From: an uncultured Ruminococcus sp. | GTDB taxonomy: Bacteria > Bacillota > Clostridia > Oscillospirales > Acutalibacteraceae | Assembly: GCA_902793125.1 (NCBI GenBank) | Contig: CADBCC010000008.1 | Span: 1,492 to 65,491, forward strand | Reading direction: 5' to 3' | DNA: 64,000 nt | In this document: one piece after another, positions 37,158 through 49,525 of the stretch | How the letters are laid out: the number at the start of each line of letters is the position of its first letter | How positions within the stretch are numbered: the first letter of the stretch is position 1 | The notes under the pieces: generated by a model | Database searches by the model: none | Told to the model about the DNA's origin: nothing | Seen by the model: the letters and a program-made list of their open reading frames with translations, nothing else | Translations under genes and position numbers: made by a program

Positions 37158-38525
37158 TTACTTTCCTACACAAAAATTATGGAATACATTATCCACAACA
37201 ACTTCGCTGACTCTTTCTCCCGTAAGTTCAAGAATGTTCTCGATTGCTTCTTCTATGCTTACGGTCACAGCGTCAAAAGTCATTCCCGAATTCAGCGCGT
37301 TCTTCGCTTCCGTTAAAGCTTTTTCCGCGTTTAAAACCGCGTTGCGCTGACGCTCGTTCGCGAGTATTCCCTCGCTCGGATTAAATTTTTCAGTTCCGGC
37401 TATTTTCTCAATTTCTTCTTTTAGTTGTTCAAGACCGTCTCCGCTTTTTGCGGAAATCTTTATTGTTCTTTTTATATTTTTTTCAATATAATCTGTGTCT
37501 AATTTTTTCTCTAAATCTGTTTTATTTATTACCGCGATAACGGGAGCTTCTTTTACGCTTTGGATTAAACGTCTGTCATCTTCGTCTATCTCTCGTCCGT
37601 TATCAAATACAGCTAAGACAAGCCCGCAGTTTTTTACGCGGCTTTTTGCGATATCCACACCGATTTTTTCTACTTTATCTTCCGTATCTCTCATTCCCGC
37701 GGTATCGCTTAATCGTAAAATAACATCTCCTACACTAACGGTTTCTTCAATAATATCGCGCGTAGTTCCGGGAATATCGGTTACAATGCTTCGGTTATGT
37801 CCCGATAAAAGATTCATTAGTGTGCTTTTTCCCGTATTCGGTTTTCCCGCGATTACGGTATCCAATCCTTCTTTTACAACCTGACCGACATCATAAGTGG
37901 AAAGAAGCTTTTTAATATCGAACAAACATTCGTCAAAAACATTGTTTAAATGTTCTTCGCTTACTTCCTCAATATCTTCTTCGGGATAATCTGCCCACGC
38001 GCTGAAGTGAGCCGCGGTTGAAACAAGTTTGTTTTTTATAATTTCAATTCTTCTCCAAAGCGCTCCGTCTTTAGCGAGCATTGCCGCTCTTACGGCGCTC
38101 TTTCCTTTTGCGGATATAATATCAATAACAGCTTCCGCTTCGGTAAGATCCATTTTTCCGTTTATGAACGCTCTTTTTGTAAATTCTCCCGCCTGAGCCG
38201 GAACAGCGCCCGCCTCCATAACAATTCTGAGAACTTCACGGGTAATAAAAATACCTCCGTGACAGGAAAGCTCAACTACATTTTCACCTGTATAACTGTG
38301 CGGTTTTCTGAAAACCGAAGCTATAACTTCGTCTAATTTTTCTCCGTCTTTTTTTACGCAGCCGAAAGCCGCCGAATATCCTTTCATTTCGCTGAGAGCT
38401 TTTCCGGATACCGACTCAAAAACTTTATCGCAAATATTTATAGCTTCATCTCCGCTTACGCGGATAACGCCGATTCCGCCTTCTCCCTGTGCGGTGGAAA
38501 TAGCGCAAATTGTACTGTTACTCAT
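37158..38525 (-). CDS. mnmE: tRNA modification GTPase MnmE
   Basis: G1 GKPNTGKST, G3 DTAG, NKTD, C-terminal FCVGK. Confidence 0.97.
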   Translation of the reverse strand: MSNSTICAISTAQGEGGIGVIRVSGDEAINICDKVFESVSGKALSEMKGYSAAFGCVKKDGEKLDEVIASVFRKPHSYTGENVVELSCHGGIFITREVLRIVMEAGAVPAQAGEFTKRAFINGKMDLTEAEAVIDIISAKGKSAVRAAMLAKDGALWRRIEIIKNKLVSTAAHFSAWADYPEEDIEEVSEEHLNNVFDECLFDIKKLLSTYDVGQVVKEGLDTVIAGKPNTGKSTLMNLLSGHNRSIVTDIPGTTRDIIEETVSVGDVILRLSDTAGMRDTEDKVEKIGVDIAKSRVKNCGLVLAVFDNGREIDEDDRRLIQSVKEAPVIAVINKTDLEKKLDTDYIEKNIKRTIKISAKSGDGLEQLKEEIEKIAGTEKFNPSEGILANERQRNAVLNAEKALTEAKNALNSGMTFDAVTVSIEEAIENILELTGERVSEVVVDNVFHNFCVGK

Positions 38526-38674
38526 AAGGATTTCTCCCGATTATTACAAGAAAGCGCGCGATTAGCTCGTCCGCTTTTTTTAAAAATTTTCTTTTTTACA
38601 AAAGTTAAACTTTCCTATCTATAATAAAAGGCCGGGTGACTGAGGTTAACGCCTGTCTGCCCGACCTAAAATTA

Positions 38675-39451
38675 TTAATCTATTCTTCCGTAAAGACCTG
38701 CACCGCCGCTTTCGTCAAGCGGTTTTCTATCGGGGTTAGCTTCAGGCATAGGGGTATTATTATTTCTGCCTCTGTAATTTCTTCCGCCTTTACCGCCTCT
38801 GCGGTAGTTTCTTTCCTTGGGATCGGGACCGATTACAACGTGTCTCGCTGTATTTTCTCCCTCGCTCCAGGATGTGGCTCCTCTAACCTTCTGTACGGAT
38901 GTATGAATTATTCTTCTCTCGTAAGGATTCATCGGTTCAAGAGAAGTTTTTCTTCCTGTTTTAACAGCTTTAAAAGCTAACTTACGGCCGAGAATTTCAA
39001 GAGTTTTTTCTCTTTTTTCTCTGTAATTACCTGTGTTTACAGTAATTTTAAAATAGCTGTTATCTACGTGATTGGCTACAAGACTTGTAAGATACTGGAG
39101 AGCGTCAAGAGTTTCTCCGCGGCGTCCGATAATATATCCTACGTCCTCGCCCTCAATATCAAAGGTGGCGCTTGTTTCGGTTTTTTCAACTTCAACTTCA
39201 ATAGAGTCAAGCTTCATAGCCTTAATTACATCTTTAAGGAAAGCTTCCGCGACGTCCGCGGGATTGTCTTTTTCTTTAACAGTAACTTTTACCTGAGCCT
39301 GTTTTCCTCCGAAAAGACCTAAAACTTTTTTTTCCGCTCTTTGTACAACCTCAAAATCAAATTCCGAGTCTTCATCTAAACCTAACTGAGCTTTAGCGTT
39401 TTCTAAAGCTTCCTGCTCGGTATCGCCTGTACCTATAACTTCTTTAATCAT
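38675..39451 (-). CDS. jag: Jag/KhpB RNA-binding protein (KH + R3H)
   Basis: Jag N-domain, KH region, and R3H motif (ERRIIHTSV). Located downstream of yidC. Confidence 0.9.
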   Translation of the reverse strand: MIKEVIGTGDTEQEALENAKAQLGLDEDSEFDFEVVQRAEKKVLGLFGGKQAQVKVTVKEKDNPADVAEAFLKDVIKAMKLDSIEVEVEKTETSATFDIEGEDVGYIIGRRGETLDALQYLTSLVANHVDNSYFKITVNTGNYREKREKTLEILGRKLAFKAVKTGRKTSLEPMNPYERRIIHTSVQKVRGATSWSEGENTARHVVIGPDPKERNYRRGGKGGRNYRGRNNNTPMPEANPDRKPLDESGGAGLYGRID

Positions 39452-39478
39452 TTTATACCTCTTGATTTGTAGTTAATA

Positions 39479-40480
39479 TTATTTCTTTTTCTTGTTATTC
39501 TTTTTAGACTGTTTATTATCTCCCGAATAAACAACGGGCGCGTATTCATATTTTACCTGAGCTTCCTGCTGTTCCAGTAAAGCGATATGCTGAGCTTCCG
39601 ACTTCGCGGTTAAAATCGCCGGGCTGTAGAATTTACCCATAATCAGCGACTGGACAAGTGAAAATACCGAGTTGCAAATCCAGTAAAAACCAACTGCGGC
39701 GGGTACAGAGTAAGCAATCCACGCCGAAAACAGCGGCAATCCGATAAACATAATTTTCATACATCCCTGCTGCGACTGCGCGCTGCCGTTGAGTTTCATT
39801 GTAATCAGCGAAGTCGCTACCGAAGTAACAAAACAGAATACGGGAATTAAAATATAAATCGAAAAGAATCCCTGACTGCTCGGACTGATAAGCAGGTTAA
39901 ATCCCGCAAAATTAAATCCGTTTACAAACATTTCAACATTCGCGGCGTCATTACCCGTAGTAAAAAGTTGATTAATCAGTTCTTTTGAGTCAGCCAAAAT
40001 TCTTACAAGGTTAATTTCCTGATAAGTAGCGCCTGTTCCCATTACAGCTGATCCTGTCGCCGAAAATCCGGGAATGGAATTAATAAAATCAGTCGCCTGT
40101 TTTACAATATCCGCGTTGATATGAAGTGTATTTGTAAGAGGATACGCAACACAATAGAAAATTCCGAGCATAATAAACATTGGAACTATGCTTGTAAGGC
40201 ATCCGCCCGCCGGGCTTACTCCTTCTTTCTCATAAAGTTTTTGTACCTCTTCGTTTGCTTTCTGCTTGTTGTTAGCGTATTTTTCTCTTATTTCCTTTTG
40301 TTTTTTCTGGAGCCTTGCTGTACTTGCCATACTTTTCTGCTGTTTGATTGAAAAAGGAAATAAAACAACTTTAACTATAATTGTAAAAATTATAATTGAA
40401 ACTCCGAAGTTCTGAAATACGTAAAATAAACCCCAGAGTAAGTATCCCATGATACTACCGAAAAATCCGAAAATTTGCAC
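39479..40480 (-). CDS. yidC: membrane protein insertase YidC/SpoIIIJ
   Basis: Polytopic, with a basic C-terminal tail. GTG start after GAGAGGT. Conserved position. Confidence 0.9.
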   Translation of the reverse strand: MQIFGFFGSIMGYLLWGLFYVFQNFGVSIIIFTIIVKVVLFPFSIKQQKSMASTARLQKKQKEIREKYANNKQKANEEVQKLYEKEGVSPAGGCLTSIVPMFIMLGIFYCVAYPLTNTLHINADIVKQATDFINSIPGFSATGSAVMGTGATYQEINLVRILADSKELINQLFTTGNDAANVEMFVNGFNFAGFNLLISPSSQGFFSIYILIPVFCFVTSVATSLITMKLNGSAQSQQGCMKIMFIGLPLFSAWIAYSVPAAVGFYWICNSVFSLVQSLIMGKFYSPAILTAKSEAQHIALLEQQEAQVKYEYAPVVYSGDNKQSKKNNKKKK

Positions 40481-40486
40481 TAAGGG

Positions 40487-40726
40487 TTACCTCTCTTTTT
40501 TCCCTTTAATTACTTTTTGCGGCACAGGGTCAACCCCGCCTCTTGAAAAGGGATTACATCTTAAAATCCGCCATATTGAAAGAAAAAAACCTTTAAAAGC
40601 TCCGTGCGTTTGTATTGCTTCTACCGCGTAATGCGAACAAGTAGGATAATATTTACACTTAGGCGCCGTTCTTACGGAAATGTTTTTCTGATAAAATCTA
40701 ATTGAACCTATAAGTATTCTTTTCAT
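40487..40726 (-). CDS. yidD: membrane protein insertion efficiency factor YidD
   Basis: [19 protein letters not shown] motif. Confidence 0.93.
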   Translation of the reverse strand: MKRILIGSIRFYQKNISVRTAPKCKYYPTCSHYAVEAIQTHGAFKGFFLSIWRILRCNPFSRGGVDPVPQKVIKGKKER

Positions 40727-41055
40727 ATCAGATTATTTTCCTTAAATTTATTTTGCATAGCTTTTTTTACGTCGCGGCTTTTTACATAAGGAGTTTTTAC
40801 TCTCGCTACAAAAACAAAATTATAACTCCCTTTTATTTCCGGCGCTAATTCCTCAAACGCCGCTCTTATAATTCTTCTTGCACGGTTGCGCTTTACTGCG
40901 TTTCCTATTTTTTTGCCGGTGGTTATTCCGTATCTGTTTACATTGCTTTTATTTTTTTTATAATAAATAACTACTAAAGGAGTTACTAAGCTTTTTCCTT
41001 TTCTGTAAAGAAAAGAAAACTCCCTGTTTTCTTTCAAGGTTTTAGCCTTATTCAT
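40723..41055 (-). CDS. rnpA: RNase P protein component
   Basis: Basic ~110-aa protein with [11 protein letters not shown] (RNR motif). Located downstream of rpmH. Confidence 0.93.
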   Translation of the reverse strand: MNKAKTLKENREFSFLYRKGKSLVTPLVVIYYKKNKSNVNRYGITTGKKIGNAVKRNRARRIIRAAFEELAPEIKGSYNFVFVARVKTPYVKSRDVKKAMQNKFKENNLI

Positions 41056-41108
41056 AATAACCACCCGATCTTATTATTTTACTTTTAAAAACTATCCAAA
41101 AGTAAAAT

Positions 41109-41133
41109 AAAGACCACAAAAAAAGTGGTCTTA
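41109..41133 (-). terminator. hairpin/attenuator between rpmH and rnpA
   Basis: AAGACCAC-TTTTTTT-GTGGTCTT followed by a T-rich tract on the minus strand. Confidence 0.55.
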
Positions 41134-41135
41134 TT

Positions 41136-41270
41136 TTAATATGACAACTTTTTTCTTCCTTTAGCTCTTCTTCTTGCCAATACTTTACGTCCGTTACGGG
41201 TTGACATTCTCTTCATAAATCCGTGTTCTTTTTTTCTGTGAAGTTTCTTAGGTTGATATGTTCTCTTCAT
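41136..41270 (-). CDS. rpmH: 50S ribosomal protein L34
   Basis: Not in the ORF track (44 aa): [44 protein letters not shown]. Confidence 0.97.
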   Translation of the reverse strand: MKRTYQPKKLHRKKEHGFMKRMSTRNGRKVLARRRAKGRKKLSY

Positions 41271-41621
41271 AATTTTTACCTCCTTTCGGACATAGTATTA
41301 CAAATACATGTACTAAGCTATTATAGTATAAAAACGCAAATTCGTCAACTAATTTTTTTACAAAATTTTATATTTTAAAAATACACAATATATAGTGTTT
41401 TTGCTGATTTATAACCACAATTTTTCGAATTAATAAAAGCGCTGTAATCAACTTATTAAAAATTTTATATATATACTATTTATATTACAATTTTTTAATT
41501 GCTTTTTTTAAGATAATTTGATATAATAACAATGGATTATAGTGGAGTAGTTTGGACTGTTTTTTTATGTCCTTAAAATAATCTTCACTAAAAGTTTTTT
41601 AATTAACGCAGAGGTCAAAAA
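41271..41621. other. oriC part 1 (rpmH-dnaA spacer)
   Basis: 350-bp AT-rich non-coding spacer in the canonical position. Only weak DnaA-box-like 9-mers (e.g. ATAACCACA). Confidence 0.5.
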
Positions 41622-42932
41622 ATGGAAAATTTTAAAGAAGCTTGGGTAGTTATTTGTGACTACTGTAAAAGAGAAATGACAGATATTGCTTATAATACCT
41701 GGATTAGTAAAATTGAGCCTGTCGGACTTGATTTCGATAAAAAAGAAGCCGTTCTTCTTGTTCCGAATGATTTCCACAGACAGACTTTAGAACGCTGCTA
41801 TAAAGTTCTTTTGGAAGAATCTTTTAAAGCTGTTTTTGATTCTGAAATAAAAGTTGAATTTATTGTTCCGAGTGAAGAAACAAAAGAAGAGGAAAAAGAA
41901 AACGAAAATATTGATAACGGATATGAATATACTTTCGATACATTTATCGTAGGCAACTCAAATAAATTTGCCCACGCAGCATGTTTGGCGGTAGCCCAGA
42001 ATCCTTCGAAAGCATACAACCCTCTTTTTCTTTACGGAAATTCCGGACTCGGAAAAACTCATCTTCTTTACGCTATAGGAAATGAAATAAAGAAAAATGA
42101 TTCATCAAAATCAATCTGCTATGTAAAGGGTGACGATTTTACAAACGAGCTTATCGAATCTTTACACCGCGCCAATATGTCCGAATTCAGACAAAAATAT
42201 CGCTACGCCGACGTTCTTCTTGTAGACGACGTTCAGTTTATCGGCGGTAAAGAAAGTACACAGGAAGAATTCTTCCATACATTCGAAACACTTTACCTCG
42301 ACCAAAAGCAGATAATATTAACATCGGACAGACCTCCCAAAGAAATAAAAACTCTTGATGACAGATTAAGAGGAAGATTTGAAATGGGACTTATCGCGGA
42401 TATTCAGCCGCCCGATATTGAAACAAGAATAGCCATTATTAAACGTAAAGCCGAAATAATGGATATTGAAATTCCGAATGAAGTCTGCGAATATATTGCA
42501 AATAACGTAAAGAGCAATATACGCCAGTTAGAGGGAACAGTTAAAAAGATAAAAGCAAAAAATAATTTAGACGGAGAAAAACCTTCTATAAAATCCGTTC
42601 AGAATATTATAGCCGATATTCTTAATAACGAAACTCCTCCCGAAATAACGGTAGAAAAAATTACGGAAGAAGTTGCGAGAACTTTCAATGTTAATGTAGA
42701 TGAGCTTAAAAATTCAAATAACCGAAGCGCTTATATAAGCGGTCCGCGCCAGGTTGCAATCTACATTATAAACGAACTTACAACATTAACTCAGGAAAAA
42801 ATAGGGCAGGAGTTCGGAGGAAGAGATCATTCAACTATTAAATACGCAATAGACACCACAGCTAAAAAAATGAAGAAGGATTCAAAACTTCGTTCAATAG
42901 TTGATGATATTATTAAAAATTGCAGTAATTAA
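41622..42932 (+). CDS. dnaA: chromosomal replication initiator DnaA
   Basis: Walker A GNSGLGKTHL, box VII/sensor motifs, and a C-terminal DNA-binding domain (GGRDHSTI). Confidence 0.98.
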   Translation: MENFKEAWVVICDYCKREMTDIAYNTWISKIEPVGLDFDKKEAVLLVPNDFHRQTLERCYKVLLEESFKAVFDSEIKVEFIVPSEETKEEEKENENIDNGYEYTFDTFIVGNSNKFAHAACLAVAQNPSKAYNPLFLYGNSGLGKTHLLYAIGNEIKKNDSSKSICYVKGDDFTNELIESLHRANMSEFRQKYRYADVLLVDDVQFIGGKESTQEEFFHTFETLYLDQKQIILTSDRPPKEIKTLDDRLRGRFEMGLIADIQPPDIETRIAIIKRKAEIMDIEIPNEVCEYIANNVKSNIRQLEGTVKKIKAKNNLDGEKPSIKSVQNIIADILNNETPPEITVEKITEEVARTFNVNVDELKNSNNRSAYISGPRQVAIYIINELTTLTQEKIGQEFGGRDHSTIKYAIDTTAKKMKKDSKLRSIVDDIIKNCSN

Positions 42933-43171
42933 TTTAACCAAACTTTTAACAATCAACATTTTATTTTCCACAGGGTGTTGAAAGATTTTATTATATTTAA
43001 AATTTATCAACATATTTAACATTCCGAGCAAGAAAACTTATTCCTTATTTTTCCAATTATTATCGAAAAAAAAGAAATTATTAACATTTCAACACTCCCT
43101 ACTACTACTACTAAATAAATATATATAATTATTGTTAAAAAATATACAAATCAGGATAAGGAGAAATAAAA
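42933..43171. other. oriC part 2 (dnaA-dnaN spacer) with DnaA-box-like 9-mers and an AT-rich unwinding region
   Basis: TTTTCCACA (42964-42972) and TTATCAACA (43004-43012) each match 8/9 of TTATCCACA; TTATTAACA matches 7/9. An AT-rich tract lies at 43100-43150. Confidence 0.6.
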
Positions 43172-44275
43172 ATGAAAATTAACGTAATGAGAACGGATTT
43201 AGCTAACGCGGTTTCCGTAGTATCAAGAGCTGTTTCAAGTAAAGCGTCAATTCCCGCTTTGGAGGGAATACTTCTTAAAGCATACGGATCAAAATTAACA
43301 ATATCGGGATATGACCTTGAAATAGGAATAAATACAACCATAGACGCTTCGGTTTCCGAACAGGGCGAAATTGTTGTCAGCGCGAAATTTTTCTCCGAAA
43401 TAGTAAGAAAGCTTCCGGAAGAAGTTGTTTGTCTCGAGACTGACGAAAGAATGATTACTTATATTACAAGCGGCCACGCCGAGTATCAGATTGTCGGAAT
43501 GAATTCAGCCGAGTATCCGGACTTACCCGCGTTTGAGGAAAATGAAGGATTTGAAATTGACGGAGAAATTTTAAAAGAGATGATTCGTCAGACAGTTTAC
43601 GCGGTTTCCGATAATAACGCCAAGCCGATTTATACGGGTTCTCTTTTTGAAATAGAGAATAAAATATTTAAAATTGTAGCAATCGACGGTTACAGAATGG
43701 CAATCCGCCAGGAGAATGTCGACAGCGAGGTAAATTCTCAGTTCGTTGTTCCCGGAAAAACCCAGCAGGAAGTTTTAAGAATTATCGGTGGTGACGAGGA
43801 AAAAGTTTATATAAGCGTCGGCCAGAGAAATATTATGTTTAAAATAGGGGACTACTCAATAATTTCAAGACTTATTGAGGGAACTTTCCTTGATTATAAC
43901 AGCACAATCCCGAAATCGGGAAAAACCGAAGTTGTAGTAAATACAAGATTATTAATAAACGCTGTTGACCGTATGTCTCTTTTAAACAGCGATAAACTGC
44001 AAAGCCCCGTAAGATGTAATTTTGTGGGAGAAGAAATTCAACTTTCCTGTACATCAACAATAGGAAAAGCGAACGATGTAATTTCCGCTCCGATAAACGG
44101 GGAAGAAGTTGAAATAGGATTTAATAACCGTTATTTGCTCGAAGCGCTTAGAAATATTGACGCGGACGAGGTAAAAATTACTCTTAACGGCGGACTTTCT
44201 CCGATGATAATTACACCTTTGCAGGGAGACAGCTTTATTAACTTAGTTGTTCCGATGAGGCTCGCTAATGGATAA
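43172..44275 (+). CDS. dnaN: DNA polymerase III beta sliding clamp
   Basis: 367 aa, three-domain clamp, conserved position. Confidence 0.97.
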   Translation: MKINVMRTDLANAVSVVSRAVSSKASIPALEGILLKAYGSKLTISGYDLEIGINTTIDASVSEQGEIVVSAKFFSEIVRKLPEEVVCLETDERMITYITSGHAEYQIVGMNSAEYPDLPAFEENEGFEIDGEILKEMIRQTVYAVSDNNAKPIYTGSLFEIENKIFKIVAIDGYRMAIRQENVDSEVNSQFVVPGKTQQEVLRIIGGDEEKVYISVGQRNIMFKIGDYSIISRLIEGTFLDYNSTIPKSGKTEVVVNTRLLINAVDRMSLLNSDKLQSPVRCNFVGEEIQLSCTSTIGKANDVISAPINGEEVEIGFNNRYLLEALRNIDADEVKITLNGGLSPMIITPLQGDSFINLVVPMRLANG

Positions 44276-44480
44276 TATAAAAATTCAGGGAGAATTTATA
44301 AAGCTTCAGGATTTACTTAAATATTCAGGTCTTTGTATGACGGGCGGCCACGCTAAAATTGTTATACAAAACGGCGAGGTTGAACTTAACGGTGAAGTTT
44401 GTACAATGAGAGGAAAAAAAGTTAAAGACGGAGATATTGTTAAGTATAACGATAAAGAGATAAAAGCGGTTTTTGTTTAA
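44268..44480 (+). CDS. yaaA: S4-domain RNA-binding protein YaaA
   Basis: 70-aa S4-like protein between dnaN and recF, as in Bacillus. Confidence 0.85.
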   Translation: MDNIKIQGEFIKLQDLLKYSGLCMTGGHAKIVIQNGEVELNGEVCTMRGKKVKDGDIVKYNDKEIKAVFV

Positions 44481-44494
44481 AAGCAGGAAATAAA

Positions 44495-45592
44495 TTGAAT
44501 GTAAAAAGTTTAGAATTTAAAAATTACAGAAATCTTATTGACGGAAAAATAGAGCCGTCCGAAAAAATAAATATCATTTTCGGGAATAACGCGCAGGGTA
44601 AAACGAATATTATCGAGGCGCTGTGGTTATTTTGCGGAGGACACAGTTTTAAAGGTTCAAAAGAAAATGAATTTATTAAATTCGGAGAAAAGTTTTCAAG
44701 AATAAAAGCTCTGTTCTTTTCTCAGAACAGGGAACAGGAAGCGGAAATAATTTTTACAGGCAATAAAAAGGAAGTTATTATAAACGGAGTTAAAAAAAAT
44801 TCTTCGGCTTCTCTTATAGAAAAATTTAACGCCGTAGTTTTTTCGCCCGAAGATTTAACATTGGTTAAAAGAGGTCCTTCTGCAAGAAGAAGATTTATCG
44901 ACAGCGCGATTTGCAGGGAAAAGCTGAGAAACGCCGTTCTGATTTCAAAATATAATCAGACTCTTAATCAGAGGAACGCTCTTTTGAAAGATATTTACAG
45001 ACACCCCGAATTAAAAAATACTCTCGGAATCTGGGACGAAACCCTATGTCATTTAGGATCAAAAATAATTTTTCAGAGACTTTCGTATATTAATAAGCTT
45101 TCAGCCGACGCGGAAAAATATCATTTCGGTATTTCCGATAATACTGAAAAATTAGAGATTAAATATATTTCAAACTGCTCGGCGGTTTTCGGAGATGATG
45201 AAGAAGTTATTTTCGAAAAATTAAAAGCATCATTAAAAGAGAGCAAAAGGGAAGATATAGGAAGCGGATTTACAAATATCGGTCCGCACAGAGATGATTT
45301 CAATATTATAATTAATAACAGAAAAGCTAAAGTATTCGCGTCGCAGGGACAGCAGAGAAGCGCGGTACTTTCTCTTAAATTAGCGGAAGCGAATGTGCTC
45401 AGCGATTTAACGGGGGAGAACCCGGTAATTTTACTTGACGACGTGCTTTCCGAACTTGATAAGAAAAGAAGAGATTTTCTTATGAATGAAATAAAAAATT
45501 ATCAGGTATTTATAACAACCTGCGAATTAAGCGGGGAAGAATATCTTAAAGAAGGAAAGAAGTTTTTTGTTGAGGAAGGAAAAATCAGCTGA
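44495..45592 (+). CDS. recF: DNA replication/repair protein RecF
   Basis: Walker A GNNAQGKTN, signature SQGQQRS, Walker B ILLDDV. TTG start. Confidence 0.96.
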   Translation: MNVKSLEFKNYRNLIDGKIEPSEKINIIFGNNAQGKTNIIEALWLFCGGHSFKGSKENEFIKFGEKFSRIKALFFSQNREQEAEIIFTGNKKEVIINGVKKNSSASLIEKFNAVVFSPEDLTLVKRGPSARRRFIDSAICREKLRNAVLISKYNQTLNQRNALLKDIYRHPELKNTLGIWDETLCHLGSKIIFQRLSYINKLSADAEKYHFGISDNTEKLEIKYISNCSAVFGDDEEVIFEKLKASLKESKREDIGSGFTNIGPHRDDFNIIINNRKAKVFASQGQQRSAVLSLKLAEANVLSDLTGENPVILLDDVLSELDKKRRDFLMNEIKNYQVFITTCELSGEEYLKEGKKFFVEEGKIS

Positions 45593-45846
45593 TGTATCTT
45601 CATTTAGGTGAAAAAACTGTTATAAGAACCGAAGAAATAATAGGAATTTTTGATCTTGATAATACAACGCTATCCAAACATACAAGAAATTTTTTAGCAG
45701 AATCCGAAAAAAACGGAGAAGTAATAAATGTAAGTTTTGAATTACCTAAGTCTTTTATAGTTTGTGTTGAAAATGAAAAGAAAAAAGTATATATAAGCCA
45801 AATCGCGGCTTCAACGCTTTATAAAAGAATAAGAACAGGAAAATAA
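45592..45846 (+). CDS. remB: DUF370 protein (RemB/YaaB-like)
   Basis: The MYLHLGEKTVIRTEEIIGIFDL N-terminus and the position between recF and gyrB match Bacillus yaaB/remB (from memory). Confidence 0.75.
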   Translation: MYLHLGEKTVIRTEEIIGIFDLDNTTLSKHTRNFLAESEKNGEVINVSFELPKSFIVCVENEKKKVYISQIAASTLYKRIRTGK

Positions 45847-45962
45847 ATTTTAGATAATAAATTTTAGATAAAATAAAAAGAAATTTTTAGAAAGAAATAT
45901 CCGCATTATTTACCAAAGCGCAGATTCTTTCTTTTTATCCAAAAAACGAGGAGATATAAAAA

Positions 45963-46661
45963 ATGGGAAAACATTGTCCTTACTGCGGAAGAAGAATTTC
46001 GTATTTTACAACTTTTCATGAAAAGAAAAGAGGTATACATACCTGCACTCGTTGTAAAAGGGAAAGTAAAATAAAAACAGATATAAGATTAATGCTCGCC
46101 TTCTTAGCGGTTGTCCTTATTGTACTTATGTTTATGGTTGTCTGGAACGGATCGCAGAATTATAATAACTTTTTAGGCGTTATAATCGTAGCTTTAATAT
46201 TAATTGCTTTTTATTTTATAACACCTCTTTTTATAAGATTCGTTCCTCTTAAAAAATACAGACATCACGAAACCGCGAGGGAAGAATTTGAGTATGAATA
46301 CGAACCTCTTCCGGATGAGGATGATATGGACGCGAATAAAGACTTTACTTTTAACCGCGATATATTTGAAAAAATAAAAGAAAAAAGACATTCAACAATT
46401 GTAAGAAATAATGCGGAAAACGCGGATAATTTAGGCGATACTAAGATAGCGGATAAAAATTATGTGCCGATAATTAAAGATGTAACCGAAGCTCACGCTT
46501 CATCTTCCGATGAACCGCTTAAAAAAGTGACTAATCCGAATTACAATTACTCCCAGTATATTGAAAGAGAAAATTTTGACGATGAAATGCCGGTTAATCC
46601 CGCAAGAAGACAAAATCAAAAACCCGACGGAACAAAATACACCGCTAACAGGAAATTTTAA
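45963..46661 (+). CDS. zinc-ribbon membrane protein
   Basis: CPYCG...CTRCK followed by two TM helices and a charged tail. Confidence 0.7.
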   Translation: MGKHCPYCGRRISYFTTFHEKKRGIHTCTRCKRESKIKTDIRLMLAFLAVVLIVLMFMVVWNGSQNYNNFLGVIIVALILIAFYFITPLFIRFVPLKKYRHHETAREEFEYEYEPLPDEDDMDANKDFTFNRDIFEKIKEKRHSTIVRNNAENADNLGDTKIADKNYVPIIKDVTEAHASSSDEPLKKVTNPNYNYSQYIERENFDDEMPVNPARRQNQKPDGTKYTANRKF

Positions 46662-46663
46662 TT

Positions 46664-49031
<2,368 letters not shown>

Positions 49032-49045
49032 TGTGAGGAAATATT

Positions 49046-49468
49046 ATGCATACAAGATCATATTTAACAGTCCGTTACGCTGAAACCGACCGTATGGGAT
49101 TTGTCCACCATTCAAATTATCCAATCTGGTACGAAGTCGGAAGAACAGATTATATAAAAAGTTACGGAATCAGCTACAGCGATATTGAAAAAGCAGGAAT
49201 TCTTATGCCGCTTACAAACCTCAGCTGCAATTTTTTAAAACCCGCTAACTACGAAGATAAAATAGTTGTAAGAACTTGGGCGATTGAGCTTAAAGCGGCT
49301 CATATCCAGTTTACCTATACGGTTAAGAAAATAAACGAAGACGGTACCCAGGAAGAGTTGGGCTACGGTTCAACCGAACACGGAATAATCGACAGCAAAA
49401 CGCTGCGCCCCGTAAGTCTTAAAAAGCGTATGCCTGAGCTGTACGAAAAAATAAAAGCAACATTTTAA
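49046..49468 (+). CDS. acyl-CoA thioesterase (YbgC/4HBT hot-dog fold)
   Basis: VRYAETDRMGFVHHSNY motif, 140 aa. Confidence 0.85.
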   Translation: MHTRSYLTVRYAETDRMGFVHHSNYPIWYEVGRTDYIKSYGISYSDIEKAGILMPLTNLSCNFLKPANYEDKIVVRTWAIELKAAHIQFTYTVKKINEDGTQEELGYGSTEHGIIDSKTLRPVSLKKRMPELYEKIKATF

Positions 49469-49525
49469 AGCGAAAAAATATTGACGGAACGAACTTAAGT
49501 AATATTTAAAAATGGAGTGAATACG

